Part shown: positions 15,168-24,952 of the stretch, piece by piece | How the letters are laid out: the number at the start of each line of letters is the position of its first letter | Numbering within the stretch: the stretch's first letter is position 1 | IMG/VR virus record: IMGVR_UViG_3300039239_000017 | Coordinates: 1 to 40,788 of that record | Source of the DNA: a virus | Lineage: Duplodnaviria > Caudoviricetes | Direction: 5' to 3' (one strand) | DNA length: 40,788 nucleotides | Translations under genes and position numbers: made by a program | Notes under the pieces: model-generated | Told to the model about the DNA's origin: nothing | The model's input: only the letters and a program-made list of their open reading frames with translations | Database searches by the model: none

Positions 15168-17612
15168 CTAGGCTTCCATGTAGATTTCGGGGTCGTCGAA
15201 GTCCATGACCATCGACGTCCCATCGGCTGAAGTGATGCGGCCCGCCCGGGCGCCGGCAAACTTGATCTCGCCGTCCTCGACCACCAGCGCGACCTTCAGG
15301 TCATTCGGGTCATCACCTGTGGCGAGAACGATCTCCCCACCCGCCAGCACGACCCTAGTGCGAAGGGCTGGATTGACGGGCACGTCGATCATGAAGGAGG
15401 CGGCCCGACGACTGCCGTCGTTGACCTCTGCCGTGACGGCATATCGCGCGGCGTAGCCAGTCGGCGCAGCGACGGCCTCCCAGCGCACGTTGACCTGAGA
15501 GTCATTGCCGCCCATCGCCGCATAGAGTGACGACAACGCCGTGGCGATTGCTCCGCCGGGCCCGAGCGCCACCTCGATCACCTCGGTGAAGCTCGCCTCG
15601 ACTTCATCCAGCCGAACGCCGATCTCCCGCCGCAGCTGCTGCCGCTGCTCGTAGTTCTCGAGGTCCTGCTCGCCGATAAGCGACCCCATGTGCTTGAACG
15701 CCTCAAGCGCCGAACGCACGCCCGAGCTGATCCACATCAGCGAATGCTGTACTTCGGCCCCGAGCGCCGCGTAATCGACGCTGCCGGGACCCGGCACAGC
15801 GGCGACGGTCAGCGGCCCGGTGGTGACCGATCGCTCCGCCGACCAAATGGTGGTGCGGGGGGGCGTCGTGGCAATGGTCGCAGCGAGCGTATAAGCCGCC
15901 TCGGGCACCGGGTTCTCGATGACCGCGATGCCGGCGCCAGGCTCGTCGACCGACAGGTATCGCGCATCGTCGGGGTCGCCATCCCGCCAATACTTGATGA
16001 TCACCCGGTCGACGGTGCGATCGGTGATCGGCGTCCAGGTGACACGGATCGCCGGCACCGTGTTCGGGCCCGAGGTCTGCGTTGCCGCCACCGCCAGCAA
16101 CCCGCTGACCGTAATCGGCCGAGCCGGTACCGGCGCAGCTATGGGCGTGGGTAGCAGCGGCAGGAATCCGGCCGTCGTCGTCGGCACAATGGAGTTGTGC
16201 CAGCCCCGCAAGGTGATCTGATACTTCGCGCCCGGAAGCTCCTTGATGCCCCAGACCATCATCGGCACAGTGCCGAACAGCTCGCTCACCCGGGTCACCA
16301 CATCGCCCGGCTCGAGCTTCGCGGCCTTCGGCCCGTACACAGCCACCTCGGTCGCCGAGTAGCGATCACGGCGCCGGAAAATCTCGGCGACGCAGCCGGC
16401 CGTCTCCTGCTCGATGATGAACTCCAGGTCGAGCTTCCCCTGCCGGCGCCCGCCCTCAAGGAACTCGATGGCCGTATCCTTGCGGAGGCCATACTCCTTT
16501 TCGACCCAGCCATTTTCTGGCGAGACGAACATGCCGTTATAGGCAGTCTTGGTTTCGGTCGGGTCGAGCCGGGTCCGCTCGCTCACGTCCTCGCCGGTCA
16601 CCCGGTCCTTGTCCGTCAGCGTCATCACCGGGATCATCGTCTGCGCCGGCAGCGGCCCGTAGGCGCCGCCGAACTCAGCGCCGTAGCCGGCCATGGCGGT
16701 CTCGAACATGCGCACCACCGAGATCTGATCCTCAGCATCGCTGATCTCACCGCTGAAGCTGTAGCGCGGCAGGCTCCTGCCGGTGTCCTCGTAGAATACG
16801 GTCTCGTCGCAGAGGTTGGCAGCGGCAACAAAGCGCGCGTGGTGGCAAGCGCTCTCGCCCACACCTATGCCCAGCACCCGCACGCCGTTGATCCACAGGC
16901 CGCGCCGGAAATTGTCGAGCATAACGGCCGGGTTCTTCGTCCACTCGTAGGTTTCGGGCTGACCCCACCGATGTGACCCAGAGCCACCCGGCTGCGTCGA
17001 GTCCTTGCGCCGGTCGTAGAACTTCGCTCCGCGCCAGACGAACTGCCACTCGGGCAGCCCTTCCTCGAACACCTCCTCGTTGTAGCGCACCGTCACGATC
17101 GCGTAGGCCGTACCGGTCATCTTCTTGGTCGCGGGCCAACGGCCCGGCGGGTCAGCGCGCGCCACGAGCTCGGGGTCGGCCAGTTGTCCCGGGGCACCGG
17201 TATAGTACTTCACCCAGGCATGCGGCACGCCGCCCCTGGTGTACTCATCGATCACCCGACCGCGCGGGTTGGCGTTGGACCCGGAGAGCGTCCTTGCCTT
17301 CCCGTTGGCAAGGATGCCGACCATGCTGTCGTATTCGGTCCGGCCGCATTCGAAGACGAGCTGCAGATACTCGTTGTCGTTGCCGTACGAGTTCTGGTGC
17401 CAGAACCGGCCAGGGGTCGCCCGCTCGCCGAAGATAACCCGCACTGGCTGGTTGACGCCGGCACGCGGCTCGCGCTCCACACCGCGGCTGGTACGCGTCG
17501 GGTCGCCCGATCCGAAGATGGCATTCGAGATCAGCCCGACCCCGACATTGACAGCCGCGCCGATGGCGAGGTTGATCAGAACTCCAGGGATGGCAGCGGC
17601 AACTGCAGGCAT
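15168..17612 (-). CDS. Tail tip / host-specificity (J-like hub) protein
   Basis: P..VIFGE, KFYD.R.DST, WTKNPA, FN3-like region, C-terminal coiled coil. Confidence 0.85.
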   Translation of the reverse strand: MPAVAAAIPGVLINLAIGAAVNVGVGLISNAIFGSGDPTRTSRGVEREPRAGVNQPVRVIFGERATPGRFWHQNSYGNDNEYLQLVFECGRTEYDSMVGILANGKARTLSGSNANPRGRVIDEYTRGGVPHAWVKYYTGAPGQLADPELVARADPPGRWPATKKMTGTAYAIVTVRYNEEVFEEGLPEWQFVWRGAKFYDRRKDSTQPGGSGSHRWGQPETYEWTKNPAVMLDNFRRGLWINGVRVLGIGVGESACHHARFVAAANLCDETVFYEDTGRSLPRYSFSGEISDAEDQISVVRMFETAMAGYGAEFGGAYGPLPAQTMIPVMTLTDKDRVTGEDVSERTRLDPTETKTAYNGMFVSPENGWVEKEYGLRKDTAIEFLEGGRRQGKLDLEFIIEQETAGCVAEIFRRRDRYSATEVAVYGPKAAKLEPGDVVTRVSELFGTVPMMVWGIKELPGAKYQITLRGWHNSIVPTTTAGFLPLLPTPIAAPVPARPITVSGLLAVAATQTSGPNTVPAIRVTWTPITDRTVDRVIIKYWRDGDPDDARYLSVDEPGAGIAVIENPVPEAAYTLAATIATTPPRTTIWSAERSVTTGPLTVAAVPGPGSVDYAALGAEVQHSLMWISSGVRSALEAFKHMGSLIGEQDLENYEQRQQLRREIGVRLDEVEASFTEVIEVALGPGGAIATALSSLYAAMGGNDSQVNVRWEAVAAPTGYAARYAVTAEVNDGSRRAASFMIDVPVNPALRTRVVLAGGEIVLATGDDPNDLKVALVVEDGEIKFAGARAGRITSADGTSMVMDFDDPEIYMEA

Positions 17613-17615
17613 CGG

Positions 17616-18074
17616 CTACCACCCGATCCGGTAAGCGCGAACCAACCGGTCGCGGCCGAGCGTCGTCAGCCCGGTACCGCCCTTGCGAGAGGGCGCGGAT
17701 TTGCCCACTACGTTGGGCCCCGTCACAACAACCGCCGCCAGCACCACCTTGCCGCGCACCATCGTTTCCACCAGGCCGCAATCGCCGCGGCGCGCCATCG
17801 CCGGCGCCACCTCCTCGAACGAGCCGGCAAGGGCCTCAGGCAGGCCAGTAAAGCCCGCGCCCGTCATCAGGCGCTTGGCACCTCGTGCGGTCGTGTAGCG
17901 CCCCCGGAAGGTCGCCAACGGGTCATCGCCGGTGAGGGCGAGCGCCACATCGGCGACCAGCGTCAGGCAGTCGGAGCGCCCCCATTCGAAAGGCAGGCCG
18001 GCATGGTTCGCCACCACGTCGGCAAGCGCCAGCTCCCAGCCCCGAAGCCGGGTCGGTTTCGTCACGTCGGTCAC
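17616..18074 (-). CDS. NlpC/P60-like tail protein (DUF6950-like)
   Basis: PFEWGRSDC, RGRY.T..GA, ARRGD. Confidence 0.8.
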   Translation of the reverse strand: MTDVTKPTRLRGWELALADVVANHAGLPFEWGRSDCLTLVADVALALTGDDPLATFRGRYTTARGAKRLMTGAGFTGLPEALAGSFEEVAPAMARRGDCGLVETMVRGKVVLAAVVVTGPNVVGKSAPSRKGGTGLTTLGRDRLVRAYRIGW

Positions 18075-18079
18075 GGGGT

Positions 18080-18697
18080 CTACCTCTTGCCGGATTTGGC
18101 CTTGGGGTCTTCGCGACCCCAGTAGATCGGGTCGCTTAGCGCCGTCAGGATGTCGTCATAGCTCGTGTCGGTCGGGTCGATCTGCTTCTGCAGGTCGGGC
18201 CCGTTCGGCTTCGCCTCGAACACCTTGGCGAACGCCGATGGCGCCATTAGCCGCCCTTCAATCCGGCGGCCGGTCCGTGCTTTCTTGTGCTCGATCGAGA
18301 AGATCGCCCGCAGGTGCAGCTGCTCCACGTCCTCGAGCTGCCGGCCGGCGTTGAACCAGAACCGCTGCACCACGGCCGGCTGCATGAACCAGACTTCGTC
18401 CTCGATCGTGTCGAGCAGGTGCGGCTCGAACAGCTGCACCACCTCGCCATTGATCCGGCGATGCGAAGCCAGCGAGACGGTCACCTCAGTCGCCTCAGCC
18501 GACATCTTGGCTTCGGGCTGGGTGATCTCGATCAGACCGCCGGACCCCACGTAGAGCGTTCCCTCGTGGGTGATGTTGCCGCGAAAGCCGGTGATGAAGC
18601 CATATTGCCCGGATGGAAGGTCGAAGCGGACGGCGAGGCGGCGGCGAAGCCTGCCGGCTGCGAGCTGCGCCTCGATCTCGGCACCGTAGTTCTTCAC
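18080..18697 (-). CDS. Minor tail protein
   Basis: Y.GSG.LI, ends IYWG; position after the distal tail gene. Confidence 0.75.
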   Translation of the reverse strand: MKNYGAEIEAQLAAGRLRRRLAVRFDLPSGQYGFITGFRGNITHEGTLYVGSGGLIEITQPEAKMSAEATEVTVSLASHRRINGEVVQLFEPHLLDTIEDEVWFMQPAVVQRFWFNAGRQLEDVEQLHLRAIFSIEHKKARTGRRIEGRLMAPSAFAKVFEAKPNGPDLQKQIDPTDTSYDDILTALSDPIYWGREDPKAKSGKR

Positions 18698-19314
18698 GTG
18701 ACGATACTCGCCTCGATCACCGAGAACGTGCCGACCGTGTCCTGTCGAGCCCGTCGAGGCGCCGACCAGCTGTTCGGCTCGATGTTCAATCGCAGCACCG
18801 GGTCGACAAGCATCACCTCATCGCCAGGGCCGAACACATTCGGCAGCACCGGCGGCACGACGGGGATCGGCTGCGCCACATTAGTGCTCACCACCAGGTT
18901 GGCGGTGATGACGTGGCAGGTCTTGTTGTTGCTGTCGGCAAAGCCGATCCGGTCGCCGCGTTTCAACACCATGCCCACCGGCAAGCCCTGCACTGCGGGG
19001 TTCAACGGATCGAGCAGGCTTGCCACCTGGCCGGTCCCACTGAAGCCGCCCGGCAGAGGCGAGTTCCTGTAATGGGCAGGGAAGCGGTAGATCGGATCGA
19101 TAAACTCGATCACCCTGCGATTGAGCATGGCGTCGAGCATGAAGCCATCCCAGTCCTGCAGCCGGTCGAAATTGAGCTTACCGGTGGTGCCGCGGCCCTG
19201 CCAATAGGCGTCGGCATCGCGCGTCTCCCACACGTTGCCGCCATCGTCGCGCGCTTCCTCGACCGGGAAGAACGGGGCGAAGTCGATCGACAGCAGGCCG
19301 CTCGGAAAGCTCAA
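18694..19314 (-). CDS. Distal tail (Dit-like) protein
   Basis: Follows the tape measure gene; LKRGD.IGF. Confidence 0.7.
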   Translation of the reverse strand: MSFPSGLLSIDFAPFFPVEEARDDGGNVWETRDADAYWQGRGTTGKLNFDRLQDWDGFMLDAMLNRRVIEFIDPIYRFPAHYRNSPLPGGFSGTGQVASLLDPLNPAVQGLPVGMVLKRGDRIGFADSNNKTCHVITANLVVSTNVAQPIPVVPPVLPNVFGPGDEVMLVDPVLRLNIEPNSWSAPRRARQDTVGTFSVIEASIVT

Positions 19315-21386
19315 TTGAACACCCCGTTCTTCACGTCACGTTTTACGATCCCCGACACACGGTCGAGCAGCATCGAGCTGTGCTGGTCGAGCACGGCGAG
19401 CAGTTGCCCCGGCGACAGGCTGGAGCCGTCGACATTGTAAGTTGGCGCCAACGTGATAGCGCCGCCGCCCGCAAGGGACCGCCCCTCGTTGATGGCCTCT
19501 AGTGCGCTGCGGTACCGGGCGGCGGGGCCAGCCTTCACCACGAACTCTTTGCGGTGAACCATGCCTGCCGGATCGGCAGGGTTGCCGTCGCCTGTCCAGC
19601 CGCCGGTGTCGAAACTGCCGTAGCTGCCGAAACCGATATTGGTGACTGGCTGCGGTGTGAGCCCGCCGCCACCACCGAGCAGCCCGCCAAACACGCTGCC
19701 GAGAAGCCCTGCCAGGGGCTTGGTGATGAACTGCTGCGTCGCGAGCTTCGCTATGTCAGCCAGCATGGTCTTCACCAAATCCTGCCAGGCGAACTTGCCG
19801 GTGCGGAACACGTCGCCGACCTGAGTGCCAAGGCTCTCGGCCCAGCCGCTCACTGCCTGCGCTACTGAACTGGTCACCTCGTCGGCGCCATCGGCGATCT
19901 GCATCAGCCCCAGTTGCACACCGGCAACCCAATCGTTCTGCGCGATCAGCCGCCGCTTGGTCAGGCTCTCCACGGCATCGGTGTACTGCTTTTCGGTGAT
20001 GATGCCGGCCGCCTTCGCCTGGTCGAGGCGCGCGAGCGCCTCGGCGTAGGCGTCGCTGCCATCGGCTGCCGCAGCAAACTTCAGCGCCGCCTCGCCGGCG
20101 GCCCGGTTGTAGGTTTCCTGCGAGATCAGCCCCGCCGCTTGCTTCTGGCCGAGGTCGGCGATCGTCGCGGCATATTCCTCGGTCGCGGTCCGCAGTCGCT
20201 TGGTTAGCGCCTCGGCTTCCTTGATCGCCGCCTTCGCCTCGTCGGACGTCGGCAGGTCGGGCGTGTCGAGCGGCACCACGGGTTCGACGGGTGTCCGCGT
20301 CGCGAGCTGGTCGAGGATCGCCTTCTGCTGCGCCTGGTTGGCCTCGCGCTCCGCCTTGATCTTTGCAAGCTCGGCTTCGAGCGCGCCGCGGTTCAACTGA
20401 TCGAGCAGGCTCGGATTGTTGAGCCGACCCTGCACGTCGATCGCGCGGTTCTCCAGCCCGACGTCGGCGATGCCGAGATCGCGCAACTGGTTGTTGAGCG
20501 TTGCACTCGAGCGATCTTCGAGGGCCTTGGTCGCATCCACCATGTCGCGGATGTTGGCGGAAATGATCGCAACCCAGCCGGCGAAGTTGGCGAGCCCCGG
20601 CGCGAGGTTCAGCAATGCCTGCTTCAGGTTGTTGTCGATGATCTCTGACGCCGTATCGAGCGAGTCTCCCAGCTCGTCGGCGCGAGCGATGACGTCCCGA
20701 TCGACGATCAGCCCCAGTTCACGTCCCTTGCGCACGAAGTCATCGAGGGCAGCCGCGCCACCCTCGAATGCGGCAGCGAGGTCCTTGTTCTGGAACAGGG
20801 CGCCCGAGAGCGCCGCCTTCTCGGCAGCCGAGGTGGCGGCGTTGATCGCATCGGCTGCGAGCCGAACCCGCTCCTCCTGCGTGGTCGCCAGCTGGATGTT
20901 GCGCAGCAGCTCAGGATTGAGCGCCTTGAGCGTGGTGACCATCCGGCCTCGGCCTTCAGCGGCGAGGCCGGAGTTCTGCGCGAAGGTTGCAAGTGCGGCG
21001 GCCGTCGTTCCGACCTCGATGCCCGCAAGCTTCGCCTGCTGCGCGATACCCTGGAAGAACTCGGTGTCTAGCCCCGACCGTTTCGACTGGTCAGCAATCG
21101 CTCCGAACTTCTCGAGCGCCGCCCGAGTACTGCTGATCGCCGCCGACAAACTCAGGATCGGCACGATGCCCGCAACAGCACCGGAGACGAACCCGCTGAT
21201 CGCGGCCCGGGCGCCACCCGTCGCCGCGTTCAGCGCGTGCAGTGACACTGAGGCCGGCTTGCCCGCATTCTCGATCCGCTTCAGGGCGGCCTGCCCATCC
21301 GTACCGAAGGCAGCAAGGGCGCGCTTGGCCACCTCGGCATCCTTGACGCTGAGACGGATGCCGACTTCCCTACTCTTTGGCGCCAT
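19311..21386 (-). CDS. Tail tape measure protein
   Basis: Long Ala-rich helical ORF; C-terminal GGWTG...AGMVHRKEFVV; likely ATG 21386. Confidence 0.9.
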   Translation of the reverse strand: MAPKSREVGIRLSVKDAEVAKRALAAFGTDGQAALKRIENAGKPASVSLHALNAATGGARAAISGFVSGAVAGIVPILSLSAAISSTRAALEKFGAIADQSKRSGLDTEFFQGIAQQAKLAGIEVGTTAAALATFAQNSGLAAEGRGRMVTTLKALNPELLRNIQLATTQEERVRLAADAINAATSAAEKAALSGALFQNKDLAAAFEGGAAALDDFVRKGRELGLIVDRDVIARADELGDSLDTASEIIDNNLKQALLNLAPGLANFAGWVAIISANIRDMVDATKALEDRSSATLNNQLRDLGIADVGLENRAIDVQGRLNNPSLLDQLNRGALEAELAKIKAEREANQAQQKAILDQLATRTPVEPVVPLDTPDLPTSDEAKAAIKEAEALTKRLRTATEEYAATIADLGQKQAAGLISQETYNRAAGEAALKFAAAADGSDAYAEALARLDQAKAAGIITEKQYTDAVESLTKRRLIAQNDWVAGVQLGLMQIADGADEVTSSVAQAVSGWAESLGTQVGDVFRTGKFAWQDLVKTMLADIAKLATQQFITKPLAGLLGSVFGGLLGGGGGLTPQPVTNIGFGSYGSFDTGGWTGDGNPADPAGMVHRKEFVVKAGPAARYRSALEAINEGRSLAGGGAITLAPTYNVDGSSLSPGQLLAVLDQHSSMLLDRVSGIVKRDVKNGVFN

Positions 21387-21731
21387 CGACATCGTCCTTC
21401 TCATTCGCCGCGGTGAAGAATCCCAGCTCGCAGGCCGACAGGAGATCCTCTGCGACCTCCCGATCGACGCCGGCCGCTTCGAGCCGCGCCTCGGCGCGGC
21501 TCGTATCGACGCCGGCGACGAAGCCCATGCCGAGCACCCGCACTCGCCATGCGTCGTCAAGGAACAGCGACCAGGCCATGCGACCGGCGTCCGGTCGCGG
21601 GCCTGTTGGTGGTAGACGCAGTCCTTGGGTGTGGTGGTGGCGCAGGCGGCTCCAGCCGCCTCGCACCCGTCGCAGTAGGTTCGGCCCCGGCCCTTGCCAA
21701 AGTGCCAATCGGCAAGGGCCGTTAGGCGTTT
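21370..21731 (-). other. Tail assembly chaperone C-terminal (T) extension, split over two frames
   Basis: -1 frame RLTALADWHFG...YCDGC...C...CVY, then a further frame PRPDAGRMAW...GVD...ACELG. Confidence 0.6.
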
Positions 21732-21734
21732 CCC
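21688..21734 (-). promoter_or_regulatory. -1 programmed frameshift signal
   Basis: G GGA AAC slippery heptamer (21734-21728), 6-nt spacer, 11-bp stem CGGCCCTTGCC/GGCAAGGGCCG. Confidence 0.85.
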
Positions 21735-22141
21735 TCGGATATCACCGAGTAGACCGGGCTGAGGTAGTCCGCCTGAAACGCGTCGGCGACGCCGGGATGA
21801 GCCATCAGCCCTGCCATGTGGCCAGCATCGAACTTCAGCGGCGCACCATCGTCGTCACCAACGCCACGCCAGTCGGTGGCCGCCAGCTCGGCGAGCGACA
21901 CTACGAACAACGACTGCCGGGTGCCGGCGAGCCCTTCTGGTGTGCTGAGGTCCGGTACATCGACGATGTGTCCGCCAGCCTTCGTCACCACCTCGCCAGC
22001 CGACTGCAGTTCAACCAGCAGTGCATCGGCTCGCGCCCGAGCGGCATAGGCCAACGGCGTGGAGACCGGCACGCACAACAGCGCGCCGCCGGCCGGCAAC
22101 TCCACCCACCTGGGAGCGCTTGGCTTGTAGAGCTTCAACAT
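21722..22141 (-). CDS. Tail assembly chaperone (gpG-like)
   Basis: Between tube and tape measure genes; W.GV.D..G..L; ends EGNA at the slippery site. Confidence 0.85.
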   Translation of the reverse strand: MLKLYKPSAPRWVELPAGGALLCVPVSTPLAYAARARADALLVELQSAGEVVTKAGGHIVDVPDLSTPEGLAGTRQSLFVVSLAELAATDWRGVGDDDGAPLKFDAGHMAGLMAHPGVADAFQADYLSPVYSVISEGNA

Positions 22142-22153
22142 GCCGAGCCAGTC

Positions 22154-23125
22154 CTAGTTGTAGGTTTCGACGTCGTTGGCGAGCGTCACCGTCATCATGC
22201 AGCCGGCTGTCTCGTCGTAGGCAGCGCGGAACGCCGTTGGCTGTTCGATGCCGCCCGGACCGCCGATCGACTGCTTGGTCTTTTCGAAGAACACACGGTG
22301 CAGGGTGACGATGAACGTCCAGGTCGGCTGAGCCTGCAGCTTGAACGAGAATGTCAGCTCGCACGGCGTTTTGTCGTCAACCAGGTCGTCGATCGTCTCG
22401 TCGCTGCCGAACCGCAAATTTGCGGTTCCGGAGCAGGTGCGGCGCGTCTCGTCGGCACCATCGATCTTCATGTCTTCGCGGATCGTCTCGACGGCTTCGA
22501 GTGAGTTCGAGAAGTTCAGTTGCATGCCGGTAAGGCTGGCGAGCACCACCCCGTCGATCTTCACTCCGCCCGTCGCGTTGTCGAACGGCAGGTACGCGTA
22601 GGCATCGGGGGTGGGGTCTCGGCTGGCGACGTCCTTGATTTCGCCCTGGGCGATGAACGGCATGGTGAGCAGCGCCCGGCCGTTCCGCGCCATCGGGAAG
22701 CTGAATCCGTTCGACTTCAGCCCCGCTTGGGTACGATACTTCGGCGTCGTCAGCTTCGGATGGCCGACCTGCTTCGAATAGGTGAAGAGGTCGCCCCCCG
22801 ACTTCCAGGTATGGGTCCAGAGCACATCCGGCGTCGTCTCGACGACCGTCGACGCACCGAGCGCCATGGTCATCAACACGCCGAGGCCGCGCACGTCCAT
22901 CGGGAACACCATGTCGCCGGCTACGGTCATGGCCGCTGACGACGGATCGCCGTCGTCGGCGGTCGGCAGGTTCCAGGTCGGATCATCCTCGAGCCCCTGC
23001 GCGGCGCTAACATCGTCCGAGCGCAACGGCATGCGGCGCCAGTTGCCGGCAGGCGGCGTGCCGTAGACAGATTCCTTGGCAATGAGCGTAACGACGTCGG
23101 CGCCCTGCGCGCGCGGCTTGGCCAT
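22154..23125 (-). CDS. Major tail tube protein
   Basis: ES.YGT.P, I.GPGGI....F.A; position. Confidence 0.85.
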   Translation of the reverse strand: MAKPRAQGADVVTLIAKESVYGTPPAGNWRRMPLRSDDVSAAQGLEDDPTWNLPTADDGDPSSAAMTVAGDMVFPMDVRGLGVLMTMALGASTVVETTPDVLWTHTWKSGGDLFTYSKQVGHPKLTTPKYRTQAGLKSNGFSFPMARNGRALLTMPFIAQGEIKDVASRDPTPDAYAYLPFDNATGGVKIDGVVLASLTGMQLNFSNSLEAVETIREDMKIDGADETRRTCSGTANLRFGSDETIDDLVDDKTPCELTFSFKLQAQPTWTFIVTLHRVFFEKTKQSIGGPGGIEQPTAFRAAYDETAGCMMTVTLANDVETYN

Positions 23126-23149
23126 AGCGGTTCTCCGATGGGGTAAGGG

Positions 23150-23572
23150 TTAGCCGAGCGAACTCTCGGACCAGTAGTCGATTTCGACGGCCACCTCTGC
23201 GCCCTTCATGTTCGCCGCGCCCCAGAGGGACTGCGGCGCGAAGTTGGGGGCCTGTGGCCGGATGTCCGTCACCAGCCCGCCAAGCTGGTCAACGATGCCG
23301 TCGAGTGTTGTCGCTGCGGCCTCGATCAATGCGGCAAGCGCGGCGTCCGGCGAGGTCTGTTCCGGCCAGGCGACGACGAAGAACATCACCGGCCGAATGG
23401 TCCACTCGTAGACCGGCGGATTGATAAACTCCTCGACCAGCTCGGCGTCGCCATCGTGCAGCGCCTTGTGTGGCATCGTCGGCCTGATGTCGCCGAGCGG
23501 GATGTTGCGCGGCATGTTGCCGAGCGCGATCGCCAGGGCGGCGAGGATCTGTTCGCGCTTAAGAACGGTCAC
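23150..23572 (-). CDS. Tail terminator/completion protein
   Basis: REQIL.AL...L.DGD; GTG 23572. Confidence 0.7.
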   Translation of the reverse strand: MTVLKREQILAALAIALGNMPRNIPLGDIRPTMPHKALHDGDAELVEEFINPPVYEWTIRPVMFFVVAWPEQTSPDAALAALIEAAATTLDGIVDQLGGLVTDIRPQAPNFAPQSLWGAANMKGAEVAVEIDYWSESSLG

Positions 23573-24200
23573 GGTTCCACTCCGCCAGGATGTTGCGCGC
23601 GAGGTCGTCCAGCGCACGGCTCTCCGTCGCCTCCATGTCGAAGACCTGCTTCAACCGGACGAACGGCACGAGAAAGAACAGCACCACCGATTCCGTGGTG
23701 CGGGTGCGCGCCGAAGGCGCGGCAAACCCGCCACGCTTGCCGGTCCGGCGCCGAAGGTCCGCCACCAACAGCGAGGCCTTGCCAGGGCGATAGACGAACT
23801 GCAGCTTGAGCCCGAGCCGGCGCTCGACGCTGTCCGGCGTCGGTCGTTCCTTTCGACTACCGCGCATCGTCATCGCCTCAGGCGAAGGGATGGCGAGGAA
23901 GAAACCCGACTTGCTGCGGATCGTGGTCGAAGCGCTGAACGCCTCGACGATGTGCGGCGCATTCGAGAACACCGTGCCCGCGGCGCCAAGGCTGACCTTG
24001 CCACCCTTCGGATAGGCAACGCCGCGCCAGGTGTTTGCCAACTGCTGCGACCCGAACGCCGCCATGGTCTGCGACCGCAGCAGGTTCTTCACCACATCGA
24101 CTGTCGACCGCGTGCCGGTGGTGACCGCACGCGCGCCAGCGTCTAGCTCGGCGGCCATCACCTCTTCAAGATTGCCGAGCAGAGCGGCCTCGAGGCGCAT
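23559..24200 (-). CDS. Neck protein (DUF6441-like)
   Basis: LANTWR...YP, FLAIP, FFLVP.V.L. Confidence 0.75.
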   Translation of the reverse strand: MRLEAALLGNLEEVMAAELDAGARAVTTGTRSTVDVVKNLLRSQTMAAFGSQQLANTWRGVAYPKGGKVSLGAAGTVFSNAPHIVEAFSASTTIRSKSGFFLAIPSPEAMTMRGSRKERPTPDSVERRLGLKLQFVYRPGKASLLVADLRRRTGKRGGFAAPSARTRTTESVVLFFLVPFVRLKQVFDMEATESRALDDLARNILAEWNRDRS

Positions 24201-24206
24201 CGGCGT

Positions 24207-24524
24207 CTAAAGCTTCAGCAGGCTGGCCTCGACCTCGAACCTGCCGTCGCCGACCGGCTGGAGATCGAGCACCCTATATTGCGCGCCATCGTCGAGGCCG
24301 TCGCCGATACTGATCGTCGGCAGCTTCGATAGCAGCACCCGGGTCGTATGCGTCGCGCCGCGCATGTCCCGGCCGAGCATCTCGAAGCGCTCGGAAATGA
24401 TCTCCACACCCGAGATCGCCTTCTTGACCAGCGCAGGACCAGCGGGCGCGTGGGTGTAGAGAACATCCTCGAACAGGGCGAAGGAGGCGGCGTCGAGCAC
24501 CGCCTCCACCAGGTCGCGACGCAT
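24207..24524 (-). CDS. Head-tail joining protein
   Basis: 105 aa, TGATG overlap with the upstream gene. Confidence 0.7.
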   Translation of the reverse strand: MRRDLVEAVLDAASFALFEDVLYTHAPAGPALVKKAISGVEIISERFEMLGRDMRGATHTTRVLLSKLPTISIGDGLDDGAQYRVLDLQPVGDGRFEVEASLLKL

Positions 24525-24853
24525 CAGATCGTCGGGACCAGCTTGACGCGCATGGTGGCATCGGCCGAGGCCGCCGCCTTGACGCAGATGCCGATCTTCT
24601 TGTTCGAGGTCGAGGTTTTTGTCACGGTCTTGGCCGTGTCGTCCCAATAGATCAGGTCGCCGACGGCAGCCGTTGCGGCGACACCATAGGTGAGGTCGAA
24701 GACCCCTTCCGTCTGGACGCCGATGGTGTCGCCGATCACCCCCGCCTTGACCGCAACGCCGAACAGCTGGCCAGTCAGCAGGCCGGCGCCGGAAGCGATG
24801 TTCGCGGCAAGGACGATGTCGATGACAAGGCCCGTCTGAATGAAGTTCTTCAT
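24524..24853 (-). CDS. DUF2190 capsid cement/decoration protein
   Basis: MKNFIQ.G, FGVA, EGVF.L, GD.IYWD. Confidence 0.88.
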   Translation of the reverse strand: MKNFIQTGLVIDIVLAANIASGAGLLTGQLFGVAVKAGVIGDTIGVQTEGVFDLTYGVAATAAVGDLIYWDDTAKTVTKTSTSNKKIGICVKAAASADATMRVKLVPTI

Positions 24854-24896
24854 GTCTCTCTCCGAGATTGAAACGGCCTGATGCAGGGCCGGGAAA

Positions 24897-24929
24897 GCGA
24901 ATGGGGCGCCACCGAGGCGCCCCATTCGC
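24897..24929 (-). terminator. Hairpin after the major capsid gene
   Basis: 14-bp perfect stem GCGAATGGGGCGCC/GGCGCCCCATTCGC. Confidence 0.65.
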
Positions 24930-24952
24930 AGCATCATCTCGTCGTCGGCCGA

